A DNA stretch of 63,141 nucleotides, counting the filler, from Choristocarpus tenellus KU-1152 (taxonomy: Eukaryota; Protista; Phaeophyceae), in assembly GCA_964200185.2 (NCBI GenBank). It is 13 parts of 13 records of this genome, joined end to end, with 100 filler letters (N's around TTAATTAATTAA, not from the genome) between each part and the next. Parts side by side here need not be neighbours in the genome. Positions count along the whole stretch, not along the records: positions 52,619 to 55,751 come from CAXNAD020022087.1; positions 55,852 to 59,877 come from CAXNAD020016607.1; positions 59,978 to 63,141 come from CAXNAD020021837.1; 10 more parts are not named here. One strand, written 5' to 3'. Shown piece after piece: positions 53,330 through 63,141 of the stretch. The position numbers were made by a program, and so were the translations under genes. The first letter of the stretch is position 1, and the number at the start of each line of letters is the position of its first letter. The notes under the pieces were generated by a model. The model was given only the letters and a program-made list of their open reading frames with translations. It did no database searches and was not told the DNA's origin.

Positions 53330-54250
53330 ATAATGAAATGTATCCCGGAATATTTTGAGCTAGATAACAACAACTGAAGAAAAATGGTTGGAAGCACACT
53401 GGGGAAGGCAGGAGTACAAGCAATTGACTTGTGGTCTTAACTTCAAGTGGAACTTAAGATGCAGGCCATTTAGGTCTTGTTTGAAGTAACAATATTAACC
53501 TCTAGGTGTAGACTGCAGACATTCAAATCTTCTGTAAAGTCCGTTAGAGGTAGGTTAAATGAGCTTGCACGTCCTATTGGAGTTCACTTGGACTCTCCTC
53601 CTCCCAACCCCTTTTTCATGAAGATCAAACTTCCTCGTATCCTCCCCTTGCTGTTTGGCGAACAGCCTCCAACACCCCACTCCGGCATATATGGTTGTAG
53701 GCAACAAACTGCTAGTACAGCATAGGCAGCGCACGTGCCTGCCCCTTGGAAAGCACGTCTTCACTGACCAACTCAATTTTATCCATTTGATTTCGGGCAT
53801 GACCTTCCCTAGCCCGTTCAGCATTACTTGTGGTGGCATTGAAGTCCCACTCCAACACTACCACCGTAGTCATACAGACTCCTGCCTAGTCTGTGCCCGG
53901 TCTCCCCACCCCCCCTTCTTGTTTCAATGCATTCTCCCTCCCCTGCAAGCACCTCTGTAACCAACTCTCTTGACCTCTTGCCTATCTTATTTGCCCTTGA
54001 GAGACTCCTTGCTTGGGGTATCCAAAACTCAAGATTGGTTTTGAGTCTTGAAAATCATCCTGGACAGTTTTCTGCGTCTAGTCCTCTCCTCTCTGACAAC
54101 CTAGCATGATCTTCCCCAGTGTCATTGCACTACCTCTAAAAAATCGGAGAACTATCAGGACCTTCCCCAGTGCCGTTGCACTACCTCCAAAAAATCGGAG
54201 AGCTATCAGGACTTGCAAAAGGAATCCCTATTAGCATGCAGTTGCCAACA
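53330..54250 (-). mobile_element. Degenerate non-LTR retrotransposon relic
   Basis: Fragmented frames ending in GLHLKFHLK...CLPQCASNHFF, resembling a LINE C-terminal Cys/His region. Confidence 0.3.
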
Positions 54251-54675
54251 CCCAAAATCTAGAGATGAGACACCACCTGGTACACCAACTTGAAGCTGAA
54301 ACCACAATCTCTTGTATTTGCACTGAGTGCTTCATCTGCAGTGAGTGCAACACATAAGAATGAGATCAGTGAAAACACCCCTGACCAACTGAATCAAATT
54401 TTCCAAGAAAAGAAATATATTTACAATGTGTGTCAAGAGGGCGAGATAAATCTCACATTTACCAGATTCGTCTGCCATGTATGATAATCGCTGTTGACTA
54501 AGTATTGTACAATATTAGAGCAAAAAGGTGTCGGAACAAAAGCCTTACGCAGTACAGCTCTTTGGTTTTAATGGTGGTTCAAAGTATCTTGGGGGGGNNN
54601 NNNNNNNATAAATAGAAGAAGATGAACGAAGAGAGACGGCGGAAAGGTTGGTGGGTTGGTTGGTGGTTGGGTGGT

Positions 54676-54721
<46 letters not shown>

Positions 54722-55279
54722 CTGTCCAGTTGGGGCCAATTTTTTAATGTCGCAATTTTTAGGTGATTTGGTTGCATACATCGGATGGATAATGTAAGTG
54801 TACTTTCCTGGTTATGGCTCAAATGGACACCCTCGTGCAGACCATGTTGCTCATACCATCAGCGGAATGTTCCACACCATTATACAACCCCCTGACCTGC
54901 CCATACGTCGTCAGCAGCAATCTAAGATTTGTAGGGTAAGTCAGTGGATTAATCGGCTGCCTGCTGTGTTTTGAAGCCTTGTTTCTGCTCCTGCTTACAC
55001 AGAGGCGTGCATTCGTGGTGGAGACCTCTAAACCAAAGTGTTCCACACATTGTACCATATCGTGACACGGGAACTGGGTGTCATTGCCACGCTTGTAGGG
55101 CATACATAAAATATTGCAAGGTTCTGCTTTACACATACATAGTAGCACCCACAACTATTTCATAGGCAGAGAGAGTGGGGCCTGTCATCCAGCTCTTAAC
55201 AATATGATACACCTCTGGAAGTTGATTAACCCTAACCCTATAATCAGCACAAAAAAAAAGGCAAATTTACACACCCTCT

Positions 55280-55319
<40 letters not shown>

Positions 55320-57267
55320 CCCCCCCCCCCCCCCCTCTTTCCCTCCCCCCCTTTCTTTCCCTCCCCCTTTTCAAACACACCAAAAATCNNNNNNNNNNCT
55401 ATAATCAGCACAAAAAAAAAGGCAAATTTACACCCCCTCTTCCCCCTCCCTCCCCCCCCTCCCTTCTCTCCCATCCCTTCCCCCAACTGCATGGATCCTT
55501 TGCTCGCAGAATCTTTGTTGACTGGCTCTGTCAAAGCAACCACAGGCTATTCTTGAATTTGAAAATATTGGTTCAACCGTTATGGTACACATAAAAATAA
55601 AATTCAAGGTGTTTCTCAAACCTCAATCTGCTGGTCTCAGCAGAAAAGGGGAGCAAAAAACACCTCCTGGACTCCCCAACCCCGCCCCCAATACCATCTC
55701 TCACCACATCATCCAGTGCACCCCACTGTCCCCAACGTTCTTGATAAGAAGNNNNNNNNNNNNNNNNNNNNNNNNNNNNNNNNNNNNNNNNNNNNTTAAT
55801 TAATTAANNNNNNNNNNNNNNNNNNNNNNNNNNNNNNNNNNNNNNNNNNNNGTATGCAACCAAATCACCCAAAAATTGCGGCATGAAAAAATTGATCCCA
55901 AAAGGACAGTCACCACCCCCTCCCAAACACTTTGAGTCTCCTTTGTCCTCCGAACTTGAAATTGTGTCAAGGTCACCAACTCTGCTATGTCATTTGTCGG
56001 TTTTAGTTCTTAAATATCGCATAGCTCTCCCTAATCTATAACATTTCTTCTCTATCTCCCATCTTACCTATTCTTAGGTTGTTCTTTTGCTATTCTCAGG
56101 CGATGGGCCTGGAAAAAAAATTACTCAAGGTCATCATCGAAGCACAGAAGACTCTTGAGAATTGGCACATATGTGACAAGTGCCTCCATTTATCCCCATC
56201 GCCTGTGATATACGAGTGGAGCTCAAAAAGGTAGGACAAGCCTGCAGGGCCTTCAGTACCGCCACCCCTAAACTAGTGGAAGCTAAAAAGGGTGTATTCC
56301 AGTATACATGTGCAATGTAATCTGATTTTGTGAACCGCTTCGGTAAGGGGGAGAATATCGGAACCACTTTGTACTCACTTTCAATACACTAATCAAACAT
56401 TACAAGCATAAGCTACAAGCCTACTAAGGGGAGAGTCCTTGCAGTGGTAGGCTGACCGTGGATACAATGTCCACACCTATATTGTACTATTTGTATTTTC
56501 TCAAGCATGTGTTTTTGCTTCCTCTAACTACCTCTTGACAGCAGGTATTAGATCCCTCAAAGAATAACGGACTGATAACGATGTGTCAGGGTTTCCTCGA
56601 CGAAGAGATGACGAGGGGAGTCGAGCACATGATTCAAGGGAGGAGGCATAGCGATGAGCAGTGGAATAGCTGAGCCCAAGACGGGAGAAGTAAGGCAATA
56701 AATAATTAGTCATATTGCAATAGTAGTAAGTTGTAACACTAGGTAGTATGACAAATCGTGTAGTGTAAAGTGCTTCAGATCACAGGCTGAGATTGTCCCT
56801 AGGCTAAAGCGAATGACAAATAATTGCAACTATTACTTGACGCGAAGCAATGGATATGTGTATCTTTCGTTAGACAGACACACACAAGTCCACATTTTGT
56901 GGACTCTCTTGCGTAGTCTGTGTGCCTAGAGTTTTGAGTACGGTATGTGGGCAGGCATATAGATTAGATACGATATGTACTGATAGTAACCATATATATG
57001 TTGCACTGTGGTAAGATTAAAGCTGTTTTCGTATGCTGTGTACAATCTAAATTTAAATCCATCCAAAAATGCCAAACCTTTGTAGAAGTTATATTTTCAG
57101 AGGGCCAGGCCTTCCATCCCCTCGTTACTGTTGTTCCTAGTGCTGCTGGATGCGGGAGGACACTAGTTGGCTTAGCTTCTCCTCCTCTCTAATTATAATT
57201 TGGACTATGGGCTTACCCCTATTGTTCATGACATCAAGAAATATGTCCCTGATTTATTCACCCGAAT

Positions 57268-57441
57268 GACTCAAAGTTTTTTTTTGGGGGGGTCTACAGG
57301 GTGCTCATTCGGGCCCTAACTAGTAGAAATGCACTTACATTATCCATCCGACGCATACGACTAAATATACACACAAATCACGAAATGAAAAAATGGGCCC
57401 AAATGGACAGTCACCACCCCCTCCCCCAAATACTTTGAGCC
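57268..57441. mobile_element. MITE family A copy with 4-bp TSD GAAT
   Basis: GAAT|GACTCAAAG...ATACTTTGAGCC|GAAT. Confidence 0.85.
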
Positions 57442-59231
57442 GAATGAGATAAAACAGATGTGAGTCCTGCTGTTCTTTCTGAAGGAATAAAGGCTGAAGA
57501 CTACCTTCGGTACTGTCTGCCCTCACCTCTTGTGTGCATGGTGATTGCCCAGCATAAGGCTGTTGATAGCCTTTGCTACACATCATTGTTGTTGTCCTCC
57601 ACGTCACTGTCATACTAAGATTATCGTAAGGGAGATATGGGGACATAATTAGGCTCTCGTCAGGATAGCAGATGAGACCCTTGTATCCGTTAACTCCACA
57701 AGGTGAAGGCAGACAGCCCTGGCCACCCCTCTCCTTTTCCCCTGGGCATACACGATGGCCTCGATAGCCTCATGAATTCCGTTGACTCGAGCAATATCCT
57801 GCCAAAGGTTTGCGTATGAGTATGACAATCTCCATAGGTATGTACAGTGCGAGTTCGGTTCCCATGGCCAAGTCTGGAGAAGGATTACGGGCAATGTTTG
57901 ATGCCTCTTAAATGCATGTACGGTGCTTGAGTTAAGTACAATCTGTTTATTATGCTAGTGTTGGTCCGGTTGAATTGATTCACCTCCTGCCGTGTCCTGT
58001 AAAAAAAAAGTGCGGAAGTACGGTAACATTTTTGCATACTCGTGTACTGCTTGAATCCACTAATGGCACACCATCACACATAAATCAAAAATAGACTTAA
58101 GCATCACTACTAGTAGGGGTTAATTCGGGCCTATCAGCTTTATGAATTGACTTAATAAAGCTGACAATAAATTCTGTCTGAGTAGGTGTTGGCCTAAATA
58201 CTCGACGCCAAGTGTCATGTGTCATCCATCTTTTGTGGTCTGATTACGAGCACTTTGTATGTCTAAGACATGCACATGTGAAACCTATGAGCGTGATTCG
58301 TGCTTTACCTTTAAACAAATAGTACTGCATCCGCTTCATGATTTTTCTTGAATGAGTTCGTTGTGAGGCCTTGAGATATTGATCTCATATGCTACACCAA
58401 GAGCGCATCTGTCATCAACATTTGAGGCATCTTTATGAAGACTCAATATGCTCAAGTACCATGTAAACTTTGCTCACACTGCATTTACTTGTAACCACAA
58501 AGTTCTTATTGCAGTATGCTGTATTTATGGGTTGATGGAGGCAGGTGTATGTGCATGTGTGTGGGAGGGAGTGCCGTGTGCGCTTGTTTGCCCTACATTA
58601 TATTTAGTCTAAGAGTCATATATGCGCCATTAGTCACTTTGATCCTCTTTTGAATACTTGGTGAGGCTAAGTGCAACTGTGATATATGAGAGTGCTATAC
58701 AGGGCATATTTTCGGTAAGCTGCAATGCACTTACCCCAGTATATTTGTGTGTTGTATGTGTAAGTTTTATCAGTAGTATTTGTGGTGTTGAAGGACCCTT
58801 ATGAACACTCAATGTGCTTACGGGTATGCATAAAAGCACATAGTGAGAGCTATCTATGCTGCTGTAGTTGCAAACTATACAATGTTGGTTCAGTATCTTG
58901 TGTGTGTCTGGGTTGGTGGAGACGAGGGGGGAAGAGAGTGGGGGGTTATATTTTATGCACCAAAAAAGGTAATGTGCCGTACATGTGTGTGTGTGTGTAT
59001 GTGCGTGTGCAATCTCTTCTAAGGACGCTCAAATTAGGTAAGATATGCACTATTACGATTAACTTCTTATGTGAATGCTACTCATACAGTACTAACTAGC
59101 AAAGTCGTAAGGGACTCGCTTGGTATGTTGCGAGTTGGAATTGTGGAGGTAGGGAGGGGTGAAGGAGGGGTACTACATTACTGCATACAAAAAAAAGGGT
59201 CATGTGCTATTCTTCAAAGGATGTACTTTTT

Positions 59232-59492
59232 GAGTCAAAGTAAACTAGAGGTACCCAGGTTTTGGCCGATTTGCATTTTATGCTTGTTTTTTCAATCTTT
59301 TGCAATTCACCGATAGTTGTATGGATGAAATTCTAAGTTTGACTTGAGAGCGTTTATTTTTGTATTGTTTGAGACTTTCCTGACACAATTTAGAAAATTT
59401 TCTGTACACATTTGAAAAAAAATACGAATTTTGCACATTTATGTCAGCATCCTTACAATGCAACTCTGGGTACCTCTCGTTTACTTTGACTC
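59232..59492. mobile_element. MITE family B copy
   Basis: TIRs GAGTCAAAGTAAACTAGAGGTACCCAG / CTGGGTACCTCTCGTTTACTTTGACTC. Confidence 0.85.
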
Positions 59493-60874
59493 TTGGTAGT
59501 CTCTTTATGAGTACTTGGAGTAGACATGATATGAAGATAAAATTACCATTCATACCATATTTTGCAAGGGATTTGCTCTTGGCGTGGATGAATTATTGAA
59601 TACAGGAGGGGGCCTGAGCGGAGTCAAGGACAAAAATAAGAGTGTGAGAGGTTCTCATGCAATAATATGCAAACCATAATTCCAACTACAGTTAAACACT
59701 GTTCGAGAGTCATTCATAACGACTGGGAATTATACACCATCACGAACAAATCATTCGAGGTATGATCTACATATTGTCTTCAGGGAGTAACAACAATGGT
59801 TCAGGGTGCTCATGACAGCTGGGGGTGGCGGCTGTCCATTTGGGGTCAATTTTTTCATGTCGCGATTTTTGGGTGATNNNNNNNNNNNNNNNNNNNNNNN
59901 NNNNNNNNNNNNNNNNNNNNNTTAATTAATTAANNNNNNNNNNNNNNNNNNNNNNNNNNNNNNNNNNNNNNNNNNNNGAAGGGGCATGGTTATGGGTTGT
60001 GGTTTGTTGGCGGTGTTGGGTGGAGGTTAGGGGTGGGGGGGTGGGTGGGAAGAAAACGTTGACAGCAATAGCTAGGAGATCAGTCCAAAGTCATGGGAGG
60101 TTGTATCCACTCACTTGGGATCAGTAACGTAGTTCTTGCTTGTCTCAAAAACTAGAACCAGTAATTCACTTAGATATCCATCCATGTGCTCTATCTTTGG
60201 GTACCTGAAAATGTCTGCTGCTGTAATTTTTTTTTTGAAAAACAAAGTAAGACACTCGAGACTTAGGCTTTACTTCATGGCACAGGACACAACTACAAAA
60301 ACGCCACACTATCGATACCGAATTGTTAATCACTCTACCCTGATAAATAAAAAAAATAGAACGGCGTGAAGAAGGCTCTTGAAAATTACAACACAAACAT
60401 TGATCAAGAAAGAGTCCGTAACATGTTTGTCCGCGCCAAAAACATACCAAGAGCCAAATAAAATAAAATAAAAGACAGAGTAAAGCACGCGGGACCAGGG
60501 CACAAAATATGAAAAAAAAAAATCAGTGACGGCAGAACGGTATGACTTGAAAACAAAACAAAACAATGACACTATGGAGTATTGGCTATTTATCACCATC
60601 GCTGGAACGTACCTACACTGGCAGCGAACCAAACATGCTCCACCATTCTCCTGATCCTCTTAATACCTGGCTGGGAGGGATCTCTGATCTAGCTTCGAAA
60701 TTATTGACCCGATAACTATGCATGGGACTGCAATGCCAAGTGTAATTGCCATTGCTGACTCTTGCAAATATGTACCAGGAACAAGGAGTTGAAAATTTCT
60801 TCTATGGATACAGAGTGTATGTAAAAATAGGTGAGAATGAGGGGGGAGTTTATCGCAGACGTGCCACACATATA

Positions 60875-61248
60875 ATCATCGTCACCATTGTTACTCTTAC
60901 TAAAATCTCTCTTTACGTTAATCGTCTGAGGGGTCTCAGACCCCGTGGTCAACGGTATCATCATCAACAATATTCCTATTAAATTATTTATATTAGCCTG
61001 AGGGGTCTCAGACTCGTGGTCAACAGCATCATCGTCATAATTGTTCTTACTAAAATCTTCATGTTAGTCTGAGGGGTTCCAGATCCGTGGTCAACAGCAT
61101 CACCATCATAATTATTCTTACTAAAAATAATCTTTATATTAGTCTGAGGGGTCCCTGACCCATAGTCAACAGCATCACCATCATAATTATTATTTTACTA
61201 AAAATAATCTCTATATTAGTCTGAGGGGTCCCAGACCCGTGGTCAACA
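60875..61248. repeat. About 75-bp minisatellite, 5 copies, each with a hairpin core
   Basis: Conserved GTCTGAGGGGT(C/T)(T/C)CAGACCCGTGGTCAAC separated by related AT-rich segments. Confidence 0.9.
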
Positions 61249-61539
61249 TTTAGTCAGCGAAAGTAATACACACTGGTTGCAAACCATCATTTAAAACAAA
61301 CAAAACAAAACAAAATGAAAGAGATCAAAACATGCTACAACATATATTTTTTTTCTTTATTTCTACACATGGAAAAAAAAAGCCTTGCGTATATTTAAAA
61401 ATCGATTCGTCACATGAACCCCCCCCACCCCCCCCCTCCCAAAGGAATTTAATAAAACATGTTACTGCACCATAGAACCAAGTCCATTTTTACATACATA
61501 AAAAAAAGAGACGTGCATATTTTTCCCAGTCACTCTTAC

Positions 61540-63141
61540 CTCGAGTATCTCCCTCAGCTCAGCCTTCACCCCCTCCAATCCACCGACGTCTTCCCAATCG
61601 ACAGACGAGCTGAACAGACCTGCGCCCTGAAGGCACCAGAGGAAAAAAATATATATATAAAAGAGAGTGAATACACTCCACAAGGTCTTCAACTTGAAAG
61701 CAAGCCAGACCCGCAGTGCAGAAAGGATTAGCCTAAGAGGGGCATCGATTTTGACTCAAATTCGAGTTCGAACGCCTTCCACGACCTTGGGAAAAATGTA
61801 AGCACCATGCATGCACATGCCTGAGAAATGAATTAAAAACCCCTGAGAAGAGGAGGGTGTGGTTGTAGAACAATATCCCTGTAGCTGTGAACACAATGCT
61901 AGAAAAATCGTCCTCCAAAGTGTTCAAAACACATCTAGCATGAGGTCTTTTCATGTGGGCCCTTTAAACTCAATACTCTCCCCCCCACCCCCCACTTAGA
62001 TGGTACTGTATCACTCACTAGTCTTATTGGTGTGAAAAAATAGTAGTCGGGGGGGTATCATCCTGCCCTGTGGTCCTGAGACGGGATGGCGGGGAAAGAG
62101 CCCTTCTACAAAAAAAAAAATCGATTTGGATGTGTAATGACAAATCTACTACAGAATCTTCAATTTGAAACTGAATCTACCACCAATATTGCATTGATTG
62201 TCCAACACACAAGAAAATTCGCAGCAGCAAATCTCAGAAGAAGAAGAAGAAAGAATTATCCCTGACTATTTTGATTTCATACGAGATTTAAATTGATTTT
62301 GGGACAACTAAACGATTGAAGAATAATTATGTCGGAAACAACCGTCCAATCAGGTACCCAGCCCCCCCAAAAGGATCAGCATTACTTAATTGCTTCTTGA
62401 ATGCTGGGGCAGGGGGAGTGTCAACCCAAGTCTTGCATCAGAGCAAGCCGTTGACCAAGTGCTAAAAAAATATTAAAAATAGAAATGCTTCTTCCAAAGT
62501 ACTCTTTGTACACAACAATTGAATTGGAAAATATGTTTCCGCCCCACACATCATCCTCTAACCCCCCCCCCCCCCGTCCAAGAGGAACATTAAAAAAACA
62601 AACAGCTCTGGTTCCCAGAGGAATACACTACTTCTGTTACAGGTTGAACTAAGTGTATTGATAGAGGACTCGATGTGCATCGACAATTATTCAAATTCGG
62701 ATCTCTGCACAGTATCAAGAACGCCGTCTCTCTCCAGAAAACCAGAGAACTCCTGCTTCCCACTGCAAACCCAATGTTACTATTTAAATTATGTTCATAA
62801 TCTCTGCACAAACTGACACACACTACGAAACAGGGCAACATCTCCTCAAGAACAAATAAACATCACATTACCTCACTATCTGTATACAGGCTCCACTGTC
62901 ACCAGCACTGCATCCTCTCCCAGCACCAACTAACAACCAACCTAACCAATGCTAAACACACACACATACACACATACATACACATACCTGAACTGATTCA
63001 GGAGCAAATCCCTCCAATGCCAACTCTAGATCCACCTGTTCAATACCACCATAAACCATGTCCTCCAATGTAGCTGCTACTCTCAGACCATCACCCCTTC
63101 CTCCAGAATATGAGCTCAGCCCCCCCCAGTCATCGCCGTCC
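61540..63141 (-). CDS. PEX1: Peroxisome biogenesis AAA ATPase PEX1, two exons at the D1-D2 linker (partial)
   Basis: Exons 62988-63141 (partial) and 61540-61626 splice in frame to ...DLELALEGFAPESVQ|GAGLFSSSVDWEDVGGLEGVKAELREILE, matching the PEX1 pattern ALxGFxPxS...WxDxGGL. Confidence 0.8.

Noticed and set aside
56134-58500. Possible decayed transposase (CxC/SWIM-like fragments)
   Set aside because: The fragments are too degenerate; no catalytic motif could be supported.
60875-61248. CRISPR array, possibly paired with the Cas4-like nuclease
   Set aside because: The spacers are mutually homologous, no cas operon is present, the context is eukaryotic, and the nuclease is on a different contig.

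Overview
This is intron-rich eukaryotic nuclear DNA, most likely from a brown alga or a close stramenopile. The basis is GT-AG introns, TTAGGG repeats, a CRE-like LINE fragment and a bipartite plastid-type N-terminus; the taxon is inferred. The window is not contiguous: 13 contigs are joined by 12 identical artificial 100-nt linkers (N44-TTAATTAATTAA-N44), so neighbourhoods across linkers are meaningless. Host genes: (1) a complete 7-exon, 430-aa PD-(D/E)XK nuclease of the RecB/AddB/Cas4 type with four Fe-S cysteines and a probable organelle-targeting peptide (280-7798, -); (2) the 5' seven exons of RIT1 (26976-32242, +), head-to-head with a membrane-anchored, possibly BLTP2-like gene; (3) isolated exons of a MARCH6/Doa10-like E3 ligase, a DEX1-like protein, a CIA30-domain protein and PEX1. 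Mobile DNA dominates the rest. It includes an intron-containing Sola2-type transposase element that carries a divergent unknown gene and shares its left end with a 108-bp MITE elsewhere in the window. There is also a high-copy MITE family with 4-bp TSDs, a pol-less LTR element family with a tRNA-Gln-like PBS, a solo LTR, and LINE/SINE relics. The best novelty candidates are the Sola2-like element with its cargo gene and MITE, and the putatively plastid-targeted Fe-S nuclease.
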